A stretch of DNA of 63,987 bases, the filler included, from Neolecta irregularis DAH-3 (Eukaryota): assembly GCA_001929475.1 (NCBI GenBank). It is 20 parts of 20 records of this genome, joined end to end, with 100 filler letters (N's around TTAATTAATTAA, not from the genome) between each part and the next. Parts side by side here need not be neighbours in the genome. Positions count along the whole stretch, not along the records: positions 48,637 to 55,592 come from LXFE01000202.1; positions 55,693 to 61,535 come from LXFE01000204.1; positions 61,636 to 62,789 come from LXFE01002603.1; positions 62,890 to 63,987 come from LXFE01002625.1; 16 more parts are not named here. One strand, written 5' to 3'. The position numbers and the translations under genes were made by a program. The notes under the pieces were generated by a model. It was not told the DNA's origin, searched no databases, and saw nothing but the letters and a program-made list of their open reading frames with translations. The first letter of the stretch is position 1; the number at the start of each line of letters is the position of its first letter. Positions 48,661 to 63,696 of the stretch are shown piece after piece.

Positions 48661-49007
48661 GAACGTCGGCTTCCTCCGCTACTACACCCTCAACAACATC
48701 CCAAACTTTCTGCTCGCTGCCCCCTCCTTCTACCTCCTCTTCTCAGACCTGCACGCCATCCCCGCCCGCTACAGACTCGTCCACCTCGCCCTCGCCCTCA
48801 TCGCCCTCTCCACCATGCATGTCCAGATCATCACCCGCGTCATGACCTGTCTCCCCTCCGTCGTCTGGACCCTCGCCCGCAAGGTCCGCTCAGGCTCCCT
48901 CCTCTGGGTCCGCTGGTGCATCGTCTATGCTGCCATCCAGGCCCTCCTCTGGGGTGCTCACCTGCCTGTATTTCCCTCCAAGAATCATCTCACCTTAGCC
49001 CGCCTGA
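48661..49007 (+). CDS. GPI18: GPI mannosyltransferase II (PIG-V), 3' part
   Basis: NVGFLRYYT.NNIPNFLLAAP, HVQIITR, ends LP|PA-stop. Confidence 0.9.
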
Positions 49008-49032
49008 TCTATTACGATGATCCAAACACTTG

Positions 49033-50270
49033 CTACTCAACTCTCTCCTGATACTCAAACACAGAAATCCCCACCTCCCTCAGCATCACACCCTTTTCGT
49101 TCATATCCACCCTCCGCAATACCATCGGTTCACACACAATCGTAATCCTGTCAATCCCCTCAATAGAATGATCCCCACTTTGTTCCAACACCCTCCCTTG
49201 ATCCACCTCCCGCGATCCTTGATCCTCCCGCGATCCCAAATTCATTCCATTCATTCCACTCATTCCTTCATTCATCGTTCCAACATCCACATCCCCCTCC
49301 TCGCACCGTATATCAATCGCAAGCTGATACGCCCGCCCACAAATCTTTGTCAATGAAGTATGTGCACTTTTAGTTGCACTCGTCGCAGGCAAATTCTGCA
49401 AAACATACCCTGAAAACATTCGAATACTCGCCTCTTCACGCTCGACCACATCATCCGTATTCAGCGTTTTAAAATACTCCACACGCCACCTCGTCGCTCG
49501 CTCGCGATTAACTGCAATTAGCATAAAAACTCCATTCCCATACCGCCGCATAACTTGTCGTACATCAACGCGAAACTATTCCCGATTTCAGCAATGGCCA
49601 GTGGATACAACCGCCCAAAAATCCACTCACATATATTCATAATCACGAATCCTCTAATCGCTGCAATCCTCAATTTCCGATTCCGTACCAATTCACCTTG
49701 AACTAGTCCCCACTCCGTCGGGATAATTCTCCCCAGCCACTCTTTCATCGTCGAGGATTCACTTATATTTGATCCCGGTACTTGATTTCTGAAATATTTT
49801 ACCGTCCATTGTCGTATTTCACTTACTATCTGACTCGTCCCTTCAATATAATACCGGTCATCTTTTAAATCTACATCACCAGGCCTATTCGCAACCACAA
49901 ACTGCGTTTTAATCTTTTCCGATTCTTGAATAATCTCAACAATTCGGCTTTCTAGTATCCGCTTTTCTAGTCGTTCGGCGTCTAATTGTTGCTTTAAACT
50001 CGTGGCCTTTTGTTCCAGTTTTTGATATTGTGTCGTTCGGATTTCGTCGTTTAGCGAATGCAGCGATAGCTCTGCGTTCAATCGGCTTGTCTTTTGCACT
50101 AATTCGTCGTTGGCTGATTTTAAGTCCATATCCCTTGTTACCCCATTCAACAGGGTTTCCGTTTCGTTTGGTCTACCCTCGCTCCCATCAGGGATTAATG
50201 GACTCGATTGATTGTCTGGTTTCTTTCCTTTGGATTTTCGTTTAGGAATAATCGCTGTCCATAGTTTCAT
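49033..50270 (-). CDS. Coiled-coil protein A (paralog of 51596-52873), intron 49512-49543
   Basis: Heptad-rich N-half; shared motifs with paralog B. Confidence 0.7.
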
Positions 50271-50666
50271 TGCGATGCTCTTTAAGTAGCAAATGGTGGA
50301 TAGATGGATCCTCAAAGGTTGAATCTTGATACCTCAAAGGTTGAATAGAAATTCGGGATAGCTCCGACTTTATAGGACAGCAACTGATCTACCGACTTTG
50401 CGATCCATTTGTACTTTTGGTACACGTCCTCGCGCGTGTCATACAAAAACGTGTTCGTTCAATGCACGTTTATTTCTATTCTTGATTACATAGTATACGT
50501 CATTCAATCACACTCGTTTTTTAACCTTCTGACCCAGCATTCTGTTATTACGGAAAAAGGTTTGCATGATATTGCGCATTTAAATAAAGTAGAGGCGTTG
50601 AAAGTCACTGAGCTAGCGTAATAAACCAGAAATTCAACATGCGAAACGTTTATTGACTACCCGAAA

Positions 50667-51419
50667 ATGACTGCAAAAAACTTTCTCCGACGGGGGATTA
50701 GCACCGCCCTCCTAATTTCGATTCCGTCTTTTTACTTTCTTCATACACCAGAGACCTCGCGATACTTGAATACAGAAACATTTGCTCCGTATGAAATTAC
50801 TGATACGGAAGCGGTTACCCCAAGTACTTTTAAAATCACCGTCTCGTCTAAATACCCACAACGAGGAATACATCTACCTAGAGATCTATACCACATTCAA
50901 ATCAAACATCCGCTAATTCAAGTGCAAAGACCGTATACCCCGATTTCTTCCGACGACGCTTGTACTTTGACGTTTCTTGTGAAAAAGTACAGGGATGGAG
51001 AGGTCTCGGGCTACATCCATTCCCTTTTTCCCGGCTCCGAAATACAGCTTCGAGGCCCTATAATTGACTACTCGATACCATCTCATGTCAAACAAATCAC
51101 TTTTATCGCTGGAGGAACGGGGATTACACCCGCCTTGCAATTATCTCGTTCTCGACCTGATTTATCAATATATATAATCCACGCGCATTCCAGCCGCGAT
51201 TTCCACCTCACAAAAGTCCCCCCCAACGTCGAATACACAGAAATTTCAAATCGACTTGTTTTAAAAGGGGATTTAGACGGTCGTAAAGGGACAGTATTGG
51301 TTTGTGGACCAGATGGTTTCATACAGTATATCGCTGGATCCAAAAATTTAGACGGCTCGCAGGGATTTATAGCCGGATTGCTAGGAGATCTAGGAGAATC
51401 CAATGTTTGGAAATTGTAG
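50667..51419 (+). CDS. CYC2: Mitochondrial cytochrome-b5 reductase-like flavoprotein Cyc2
   Basis: VQRPYTP, VKKY..GEVS.YIH, AGGTGITPALQ, VCGPDGFI..IAG.K, QG.I.GLL, VWKL. Confidence 0.75.
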   Translation: MTAKNFLRRGISTALLISIPSFYFLHTPETSRYLNTETFAPYEITDTEAVTPSTFKITVSSKYPQRGIHLPRDLYHIQIKHPLIQVQRPYTPISSDDACTLTFLVKKYRDGEVSGYIHSLFPGSEIQLRGPIIDYSIPSHVKQITFIAGGTGITPALQLSRSRPDLSIYIIHAHSSRDFHLTKVPPNVEYTEISNRLVLKGDLDGRKGTVLVCGPDGFIQYIAGSKNLDGSQGFIAGLLGDLGESNVWKL

Positions 51420-51595
51420 CATCTTATCTCGTGCATGAATATTTATACGATTCCGTTACATTATTAATATCAGACAAACGTTTGAGTCTAATGAATGCGG
51501 GGAGATCTCGGAAAGACTGAATTGTATTCCGAGTTTTGAGAACTTACTTTTGGTTTATGGACTCTAGAGAAATCTATTCACGACAGATCGAAGAC

Positions 51596-52873
51596 TTAGT
51601 CCTCCATTGGGTCATATCCTCTTACGAAATCCCCATCATACTCAATAGCGGCGTTTTCGCTGGCTGTTGGCAAGGCTTCATATTCAAACGTCACCCAAAG
51701 GACATCCCGAAGTACAACAGGCGCAAGCTTGGGATCGATAGACCGGGATATAGCTGGTTCGCAAGGTATTGCAATATTTGGGCTGTTCACAAGTGAATGA
51801 TTTCCGACTTTCTCCAGGTCTGAAAAATCCTTGTCCCGACAATCCAAAGTTATCGTGATATCCCCCTCTTCGCAGCGTGCATCCCAAGCCACTTTCAACG
51901 CTTTTGAAAGAATCTTTTTCACGGAACTCGACACACACGGTCGATTCGACGCCGTCATGAATGGAAACCCCATAACGATCCATTGCGTGTGAATTTCGAT
52001 ATCCAAAGCCTCGCGTTCGATAAGATCGCTTGTATTGAGAGTCTTAAAGTAATGTTTTCGCCACTTTTTGGCTTGATTTTCATCGACTATTCAAATTAAT
52101 GATATCAAAATGAGAATCTTACACTTTGCCATCTCTCCAAGCATGAATTGAAAAGCAGTAGATATTCCCGGCGGCTTCAAAGGATATATCGGTCCGAATA
52201 TATTTTGACAGAGAACGCTAATTATGAATCCCTTAAAAAGCGCTATCCTCAGTTTTTTGTTTACCACGATTTCAGCTTGAATATCCGTCCAACAAGTCGC
52301 ACACCTACTTTCGCACCAACGGCAAAAAGACGAATTCTCACTGTCGAAATCATTGTATTGCGATAAACCCGTTACTCGACGAAAGTATTTCACGACCATC
52401 TGTCGGATTTCAGAGCAGATTTGGTTTATCACGTCCGAGTAATGTTTATCATCGCGGGTGTCGACATCTCCATGCTTTGCAATCACAAACCGGGTTTTGA
52501 TTTGTTCGGATTCTTCAACTATTGACGCGAGCTGAACTTCAAGTTTTCTAGTCTTTGCTTTCTCGTTCACGCATTCCGTCTTCCAATCTTGGTAGCTATC
52601 TCGAAACCACTTCAATTCAGGTTTCCATTTCTTGTTGATTTCTTTTTCAAGATCATTAATTCTTTCCTCCCCGAGCAACAGTTTCTTGTTCAAGTCTTGG
52701 TTCTTTTTCTGGAGCTCTTCGATTTCTTTTCCCCGTTTCAAAACAAGATTTTTGATTTCCTCAATTTCGGGATCTCTTTCCGGCTTAAAGGCTTGACTTA
52801 AGAGCTGAGGTAAGCTGAATTTCGAAATCACGGTGACAGTCTTATTGAACATGACCAACAATGAAGCGAGCAT
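51596..52873 (-). CDS. Coiled-coil protein B (paralog of 49033-50270), one intron near 52.1 kb
   Basis: ESEQIKTRFV..GDVD..DD..Y, YFKTLNT, RCEEGD, CEP, FEY shared with A. Confidence 0.7.
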
Positions 52874-53102
52874 CACCTGGCATCACCTATCGCGAATCTT
52901 GTAGCAAGCACAGATGGCGATATCTGCAGCACCCTGTCGGTGTTTGCCACGCAAATGAAGTGGTATACAGGGGTTGGCAGGGATTGTAGATAAGGCAAGG
53001 TTACGCTAGGTTCTTTGTGGCCGTTAGGCACGCAACAAAAGTTGACTTGTCACTCAAGTTAAAGGCTGGCTGTTGTCTCATTACATTCTCAGCAATATCG
53101 AC

Positions 53103-55157
53103 ATGAAGCATCCAAGAATTCAAAGCCTCTCTCTTGATGACCAAAAAAATCATTTCGTGAGGAGCATCAAAAGTCTCTTCTGATAATTAAAAAGGTCGTT
53201 GGGATAGATTTTGGTACCACGTATTCCGGTGTTGCCTTTGCGTACTCTGGCGATACAGATACGATAGGAGTCATCAAACAATGGCCAGGGGCAAAACAAC
53301 GGACTAGTGAAAAGTAACATTCCGGCCCTCAAGCAAAATTACTGACACCGAGAGAATTGGGTCTCTTATTATATATGAAGGAGATGGAACAATCTCAGCT
53401 TGGGGGGCGCAAGCAGAAAACAAACCCCGAAAATCTGGCCAAACAAAAGCCCGATGGTTCAAATTGCTCCTCGACGACTCTCAGTCAAATTATCTCGTTA
53501 CGGCAACCCAATATGCAACCAAACCATTCGGAATGACAGCGGTGGAGGTTGCCACTGATTATTTGCGTCTGATAAATACCCATTTGATCAATCATCTCAA
53601 GACCACTTATGGATCTGGACTATTTGAGTGTACCCCGATCGAATACTTTGTCACTGTTCCTGCAATCTGGTCAGACAAAGCTCAAGCCATCACTAGAAAT
53701 GCTGCCATCAATGCCGGTATTCAGGGGAAACTGGAAATAGTGCGAGAGCCTGAAGCAGCTGCGATCGCGTGCGCACATTCTGGACACCTCATCTTTGAGG
53801 TATGTCATCATGCCCTTGCTAGACTCAGACGATAGGAAGGAGATCGGTTTCTTGTATGTGATGCAGGAGGTGGTACTGTAGATCTTATTTCCTACGAAGT
53901 TACTACTCCTCGACCACTAAAAATGAAAGAAATTACCATAGGAACAGGTATATTACAGTTGGCATTATCTTTTAAATTATAAAGGTGGCCTTTGCGGAGC
54001 AACTTATCTCGATCGAGAATTTGAAAAGCTGTTGAGAGAAAAGTTGAGCAAATACGGAGATCAATTTCTTAACGAGAAATCACTCGCTAGTCTTCTTCAG
54101 GATTTTGATGAATATCTTAAAGTCAATTTTGGTGAAGATGAAGATGAAGATGAGTTCAGCATCATCTTACGGGGGTGTGATATCGACGAAGATGAAGAAG
54201 CTGGAATATCTGCTGGGTGTCTTATATTCACTCGGTATGTATATCAAAGGAAGACGATTAATTGTGACTAGAGACGAGATTGTTCAAGTATTCGATCCCG
54301 TCATTAACAAAATCATCCAGCTTATTGAGGAACAAGTCACGAATTCAAAGGAGACAATCAAGGTATTTAGCATTACTCTGGAATGTTGACAAAGATCAAA
54401 AGACCATCTTTCTTGTGGGGGGGTTTGGTTCCAATGGCTACCTTCGTAACCGAATTCAAGGGAGATATCCACATATTTCCGTTCAACAACCTGTCGATGC
54501 GTATGAGGCTCGAGTCAAAGATATTCTCATATACTAGGTGGTCAGCTGTTGTTCGTGGTGCTGTCATTCATGGTCTACGAGAGAAAATTGTCACAGCTCG
54601 ACATCTTCGTCGAAGTTATGGAGTATCATGTAATTCGCAATGGGACCCTTTAATCCATGATCTGGATCAATACTATGTTTGTGAATTCACAGGACATGCA
54701 AGAGCCAATGATTGTATGAGTTGGTACGCAAGGATGGTGCGTTCTTTATACTTGAAGGTCTCCTGAGGTTTGACAGGGTCATGAAGTTCAACATGGACAG
54801 TCAATCAAGTTTCCATTTTGCCACAAAGTTGGTGAGAAGAAGGACCGATATGTTTATGATTTGCTCTGCTCAGATATCGAGAACCCACCCAGAAGGGCAA
54901 GTCATTGTATAATGCCTCCAAAATAAATGCTCTTCTGCTTACACTTTGTAGCATCTGTCACAGCATTAGGTCAAGTCGTGGTAAATTTAACCGACGATCA
55001 AAAGCAATTGTATCGAACGCGAAATTCTGTCACCGACGGTTTTGAATACTATGAACTATGTATCGATATTTCCATGAAATTCACAGCCTCATTACTCAAA
55101 TTCGAGATTCTTTTGGATGGAAAAGTGGCAGGCGAGGCAGTTATCAAGTATGAGTAG
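53103..55157 (+). CDS. Atypical Hsp70 (HSPA12-like actin-fold ATPase), multi-exon
   Basis: VGIDFGTTYSG, RWFKLLL, TVPAIWS, EPEAAA, VCDAGGGTVDL, CG.TYLD, LVGGFGSN.YL, AVVRGAV, RRSYG. Confidence 0.92.
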
Positions 55158-55974
55158 GTGAAACTATGACAGGCTCGAGAAATACCTGACTAATGTGAAA
55201 ATACACATATTTGTAGCCTTCATCAATTTTCTATGTCATAGCTCTAGGAGCCACTTGACAAAATATCGTTGATTTCATAGATTGGTGATTTTCAATCGCC
55301 TTTTACCGACTTTTGATACATTAAATTGCACTGATTCTTTTCTTGGCTTTTAATTGTAATTTGCTCATTATGCTGAATACGTCCACTGGTGAAGAGTAGG
55401 AAAATATCTTGGCTGAAAATGAGTATTTCAACAGAGAACTTGGGCAATCAGATTAGTTAATAACTGGAGGGTTGTTTGCAAAAACATATTCATCGTCATG
55501 TATCCTGAATCATTTTGTCAAAATTACAATCATCAATATGGATTCCAGCAATCTTACCACAGCAAATTTTTCAATTTTTCAAGACCAGACACNNNNNNNN
55601 NNNNNNNNNNNNNNNNNNNNNNNNNNNNNNNNNNNNTTAATTAATTAANNNNNNNNNNNNNNNNNNNNNNNNNNNNNNNNNNNNNNNNNNNNTTTTTTCA
55701 TTTGAGATGTTTATTCATTTTGTGCATATTCATTTTCGTTTGTGTCTTCTTTTTTTCGTTGTAGAGTGGAGTATACCTTGCTCATGATGATGGAGACGAT
55801 GATGACTAAAAGAATAGAATTCTTTTCTAGCTCTAGTGTGCGAAATTGGTCTAGGTAAATTTAATCAAGTGGGAGAGCAAGAAACTTAATTCTTCGCAAT
55901 TCTCACGAGAAATGATGTCAGCATGTCCCATTCCCGCATTATAAAAGCCACCGTGTCTTTTTTTCACTCGTTAA

Positions 55975-57594
<1,620 letters not shown>

Positions 57595-57753
57595 GCCCCC
57601 TATCCTAGTCGCTAGAACGCTTGTCCACAGAAAGCACACGTTAAGAAATGATTTACTGTATCGTGCGAGAATAACATACCGTACAAATATCAATGATCTA
57701 TCGTCGTGCTGAAGAGGGAAGAGTATGTTGTCTTGTAATACAAACAAAAGCAC

Positions 57754-58834
57754 TTATTTTCCGTCTATTGCTTTGTCAAATAGGGGAATCAAGGTTTGAG
57801 CGACCGCAAATCTACTATCAGCCCACGAACAAAGACTAAAACATACGAGAAAGCAAGTTTTGGCCCTGTGGTAAGAAGCTTGGGTATAAGTCCTTTGAAA
57901 AATGCACCAAAGCCTGAGAACGTGAGCAGTAGCAATGAAAGAAAATACCTTCATGTTTGATGAGATTTTTGAGGATAGAAACTCCGCTTTCCCTACTTTC
58001 AAAATTCGTGTTTTGTATACGAGTCTTAACTACATCGAGAGGACTCGAGACGATTAATGACGCGACTGCACCCGCGATCGAAGCACCGGCATTTTGTAAA
58101 GCTGTAGCTGAAGAATAATCGGTGAGTTTATAGCCATATTCCATAGCAAAAGCCGAACCCCCAAAAAGCTGACCTGTTAATTAACGGTGAAAACAAGAAC
58201 ATACAGCAAATGATCCAGGAGCATTCCGAGCCGCTGTCCACAGTGCACCGCGGTATAAACCAAATTTCTCATCTATGATTATCTTGAACACTCCACGTCC
58301 GCGGAATGCCTCCGGATTTGTCTGTCTCTTGATCTTGAGGACGTCCAGAGGTAAGAGAATGATTTCTCCGATTCCCATCAGACTTCCAGCTGTGGCATGC
58401 AACATAGTCTTTCCTGTTCCTTTTCCAAAAGCATTATCAAAATGCGTTCCATAATGTATCGCCAAAAAGTCTTTCACATATCTTTGACCGCCATATTTGT
58501 ATATCCGTTGTAGGATTTTGTAGCATGCCGCGTATCCAAGACCAGGGAACAGGGACGTGAATTTCCGGGTAACCTTGGCTGCAGAATATTCTCTAAATAT
58601 AACGCTGTTTAACTGAGAAGCCGTGCGAATTTGTGTTTGGTTGGACATCAACCGTTTGCCTATAGTATCGATCTGAAAGATATCAACTGACTTTTACTGA
58701 TTCATTATACGCACTGGATGGAACAATGCAAGTTCCAAGACTCCTGCACTGGCAGAACCCAAGATCCGAGCAGACCCACTTTCTCTCTTTGTCTGCGTGG
58801 CAGAAGTGCCCGTTGAATGAAGGCCGGGAGACAT
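57754..58834 (-). CDS. GGC1: Mitochondrial GTP/GDP carrier
   Basis: ARILGSASAG..EL..FHP.DT, SLFPGLGYAA.YK.LQR.YKYGGQ, LPLDVLKIKRQTNPE, TAARNAPGSFA. Confidence 0.93.
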
Positions 58835-59265
58835 TTCGACAACGCGAGAATATGTTGGGTGATATGGGAAATATTTTTTTCCAAGTTGAGAAATATCCGC
58901 TAATTCCAATGACCCCGATATTAATGGCTTCTGGATGCGCCACATTTGTAGACTTCCTTTGTATTCTGCCAGCTTACTGTGTGACCACCATCTTCCCCCT
59001 CCACCACATAAATCGTCAATACATCTGTTCTTGCTTGCTCCGAAGTTGAAAGAGAGGAGGAAAGATAAGAGGACAGTTTTTGCTTGGAGCTCTCGAAGAG
59101 ACAGAAATTAAGAAGCTTGATTTTTGAGTTCCATTTGTGAAGAAGGATATCTCCCCACATTTATCATATATCCACTCCTCGACCACCCCGCAGTTTTTTG
59201 AGAGTTCTCACTTAGCGCTACAAATCAAGTAAAACTTGATCCCCTTTGTTGATTTGAAGCAAATC

Positions 59266-61138
59266 ATGGTTTCTCGATCTGAACTGGATGACATCCGTGA
59301 AGATTACCGATGTTCTTTGACGGAACTGACATTTAATTCGAAGCCAATAATCACAAATCTCACCGTTATTGCGCAGGAAAATATGCATGCTGCTGCTGTC
59401 ATCGCCAAATGTCTTGAAGAACACATCAATCGAGTAAGTACCTTCATCTTATTCCCTTGTCTTGTATATTTGACCATGTCATACGTACGGCCTGAAGATT
59501 GTGGCGTGCTGAAACGAACATTGAATTGATCACCTTGCCTTCCATCTTTGTCCTTTGACCGAATGCTAATAGATATCAGGCACCACCGCCACATAAACTC
59601 CCGGCGCTGTATCTCCTTGACTCGATTTGCAAGAATATAGGAACTCCATATACCACATATTTCGGGCGAAATTTATACAGAACATTTATGGAAGCATATA
59701 CCCTGGTCGATCCAAGTACTCGTCGAAAATTCGAAGAACTATTACATACATGGAAGCAGCCGATGCCTATGTCTAACTCCCATTCACCAGTCTTTCCTTT
59801 TGACGTTACTCGACCCATTGAGAATGCCCTTATCAAAGCTAAAACGCTCCTGCTTCAAAGTAGCCAGGGCATTTATCCTCCTCAGATCCATCATCCCCAA
59901 CAACACCTTCATTCGCCTGCACCTAGAACTACACCCCCTATAGGTATGAATGGGACTTATTCATCCGGCGTGTTGCGGTTGGACGGGAATCCCAATATAT
60001 CTGGCGGAGTAACGGTACGAGATACTATAGCGGAAACCCCATTTATATCTTTGCAGCCGGTCATTCCTTTGGTGCAGCATGCTGCAGATATTTTACTTCA
60101 AGATATCGATGGTTATCTTGCAGGAGTAGATGCACGCCTTATCATTAATCCTCACGATCAAGTCGCTCATGGTCAGCGTATGGCTCTCACTGATCTTCGC
60201 GCTCTTGTTCGCAGTGCAGCTTTGCCTCCTGATCAGCTCGAAGTTGTCCGCACTCAGCTGGCACTTCAAGGTTTTTCAAAACTTGCGCCCAATGTTGCAT
60301 CTCAGTCAGAGGCTGCCAGGCCTAAACCCAGTGGTGGAGTAGATAACTTGCTTGCCGCTCTACAGCAGAATGGGTTGATCACAGCTCAAAACATCCCATC
60401 TCTTGCACCTACTCATCCACCTCCCCTATCTAGTCTTATTGACGTTGAACTTCAATCATCTTCTTTGCTGAAGTGAGTTATTTTGTATTCTCCTTACTTA
60501 ACAACAGATCCCGACCTCATCTCATTCCCATGCTATTCAGCATGATGCCGCTTCAATGCCGGACTTGTGGACAGCGTTTTGCTGATGCAGAGAGTGGTCG
60601 AAAGGACCGCGATGAACATCTTGATTGGCATTTTCGTATTAATAAAAAGTTACGTGAAGCCCGAGGTCAAAGTCGCACATGGTACGTTACAGAAGAAGTA
60701 TGTTGAAACTAGTTCTCAATCCATTATAACAATCACAGGAATGGATCAAATTTCGAGAAACCCCCGATATCAAGTCTGATGAAATCACAAGGAAGTCTCC
60801 CACACCCGACCTTGATGCTTCCACACGTTTCATCAAAGCCCCCATCAGTGGATCAACCAATACATCCTGCCTCATATGCAAGGAATCTTTTCAGACAGTA
60901 TGGAATGATCCTACGGAAGATTGGGTTTGGAAAAATGCTGTTAAAATCGGCAATACTGTGTACCATGCGACGTGTCATAAGGATTCATTACGAGAGCATA
61001 CCCCGGAACAGACAATTTTGGGGAAACGGAAAGCTGAGGTATATTGATTAGTTACTGGATATGTGCTGATCTCCACAGCCACCAGTCGCCGATATTCCCA
61101 GCAAGCGGATCGAGATGAAAAGGGAAGTTATGGTATAG
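59266..61138 (+). CDS. PCF11: mRNA cleavage/polyadenylation factor Pcf11
   Basis: CID domain (LTFNSKPIITNLT.IAQE, LYLLDSICKNIG), zinc fingers CRTCGQRF..HLDWHF and CLIC.E.F..W....EDWVWKNA..YHATC. Confidence 0.95.
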
Positions 61139-61635
61139 CTGTTCGAAAGGAATATATGGCGTAGGCTTTGTAAATATGGATCTGAATCTACCCTTGATGG
61201 GTGCTTCCGTCATTTCATACATTTTCATTATTTACGGTTTTACTTTGTATCAAAATCTTATTGGTAAGATCAAAGAGAGAACAATCGGGTAAATTTGTTT
61301 TACAATTTTCATAATTGTCTTTATTTTCTTATATTGATTCTGAACTTAGGGCGCGTTTTGCATCCACTTTTTTAGCCCGAATTTCATGAAATTTAACCCT
61401 AACCCTAAACCCAAACTGACGCACGTGTCTTGCAACCACAAAATAGCAAGGTGTGTTTGGCAGCACCCTCAAAATATTTTCACGAAATCCGAAAACGTAT
61501 AATTTGAAATTTATTTCGCATAATTCCAAAAAAAANNNNNNNNNNNNNNNNNNNNNNNNNNNNNNNNNNNNNNNNNNNNTTAATTAATTAANNNNNNNNN
61601 NNNNNNNNNNNNNNNNNNNNNNNNNNNNNNNNNNN

Positions 61636-61794
61636 GAGGACAGGCAGGACAGTCCTCGCAGGGCTGAAGAGGGCGCGGAGTGCGACATGAATGGAAGAGT
61701 CGCTGGGAAAGAGTCGCAGCCAGAGGTCGTGGGAGAGGAGCACTATGCGGGAATCGTCGTCGCGGAGGATAGGTGTCGCTTGAATGGGGGGCAT
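61636..61794 (-). CDS. 5' fragment of a gene truncated at contig edge (weakly Pex6 N-terminus-like)
   Basis: MPPIQATPILRDDDSRIVLLSHDLWLRLF; too short to assign. Confidence 0.3.
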
Positions 61795-63618
61795 CGATTG
61801 ATAATCGGTAAGTGGGGGTAGGTGGGAGAGCAGCGCGGGGCCGGAGGCGGTGCGGTACCGGCGGGAGTGAGGAGTGCAGTGCCGGCGGGAGTACAGTCCC
61901 GGCAGGCCGGCTGTCAGAGCAGCAGCAGCAGCGAGTTCTTCGGCCAGCGAGACACGGCCAGCACTCAGCCAGCACCTTTGGTGACTAGTTCAAAAAGACG
62001 GATTATTACATCATCTTTCAGGTTCCCTATTATTCGCATCATTCCCGCGCGTTATTTAGGGGATTGTTGGATCACTTCATCGGTTGCACAGGGTGTTTTC
62101 TTTTTCTTTTTTCTCTGTCTTCTTCATTCCCATTATTTATGTTGGCTTAGAATTTCTGCTATTATAATATTCAACAATGAAAGGGTGCTACCAGTTTTAA
62201 ACCTGGCATTGTCCGGGTGCTGCTTGCGAGGGCGAGGAGTGTTGAATTATTTAAACACAATATGATCACATATTGGCAAGCCAGGCAAAATTCAATTTTT
62301 TATCGATTACCAATCATCTACTGCACGTTCTGGTGATAGCATTCACGGATCCCCTCTTAAATCCTGAATAGTGGCTATGAGACATCATATGAGACATGTT
62401 GAGTGAGGGAGCATGCTGGTATCCCACCTACAGAGATCAGATATTAGGGAGAGTGGCAAGGAGCACCACGCCCAGTGAGGACTATCACAGGCCCTGCCAC
62501 TAGATACGTAAGATGGGAGGCAAACAGAGGTACAGGTGTGTGGACTCAGTGATCCCCCACAGCCACCATCTGTGATCCAGATGCAGGAGGGAATTAACAT
62601 TGAGGAAGACCGTAAGAAGTCATCAATATCCGGACGAGGGCATTGGTGGGCCGCGCAGCCAATTTCGGCAAAGATGAAACCAATAGGAGCAGAATGAGAG
62701 CGTGCAAGATTGCTAAGATATCTTAAGATGGGCGGCGATGAAATGGCCACCACCCTGAACCGGCCACCTTTCCAAAAAAACACGTAAATNNNNNNNNNNN
62801 NNNNNNNNNNNNNNNNNNNNNNNNNNNNNNNNNTTAATTAATTAANNNNNNNNNNNNNNNNNNNNNNNNNNNNNNNNNNNNNNNNNNNNGGAATATAACC
62901 CTCCCATTTCTTTTTTACGCTATCAAAAGCAGATAGAACTTGGACATTTCACAAAAAACACGAACAAGGACAAACATTAGAATTACTCGTAGTACTGGGA
63001 TAGGAATAGATGGAAATGNNNNNNNNNNAGAGTGTGCGGAGGCCTGAGGAGTCACTAGGTAGCTTCCGGGGTTTGACAATTTTCTGTTTCCCTTTTATTG
63101 TTTCTTATAACTTTCTGGAAAGCCCGCTCTTTAATTTTCTGCTCTTTCAGATAGAGGAATATAACCCTCCCATTTCTTTTTTACGCTATCAAAAGCAGAT
63201 AGAACTTGGACATTTCACCTGTGTAAAGTCCCTGTACAGAGTATAGCATAACATCAAAATAAAGCCAGATTTGGGCATATTTTCAGGGGTGATCTCAATT
63301 AATGGGAACTAATAAAGAACCTAGTCGGTGATTTCTATGCAATAATATAACTTACGATGATAGCAGTAACCTTGATCATAAAACTTACGATATAGCAGTA
63401 ATATTTACTGCTGTTCATGTAAACCGTTGGGTTGATTACAGCGCATCGAGGCACGGGAATATTCTAGAAATTCCAAACGCGACCAAAATTCATCAGGGAA
63501 GGGAATATTTGAGAAATTCCACAATGACCAAAATTTCTATTGTTTGGAAATCTTTCCACTTTTGCAGTTTAATGTCAACCTGGTTATTGTTACAAGAAAA
63601 GAGTGATACCGAAAAGAG

Positions 63619-63696
63619 TGGAGATACCGGGAATCGAACCCGGGTCGCTCCCAATGTCGATGCGAAGGGAACACTCTACCACTAAGCCATATCCCC
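63619..63696 (-). tRNA. tRNA-Ala(CGC) with 7-nt intron
   Basis: GGGGATA/TATCTCC-A acceptor with G3:U70, TTCCC-TTCGCA[TCGACAT]T-GGGAG, CCGGG-TTCGATT-CCCGG, downstream TTTT. Confidence 0.9.

Noticed and set aside
61395-61412. Telomere-like AACCCTAACCCTAAACCC
   Set aside because: Only 2-3 imperfect units, internal to the contig; insufficient for a telomere or telomerase RNA call
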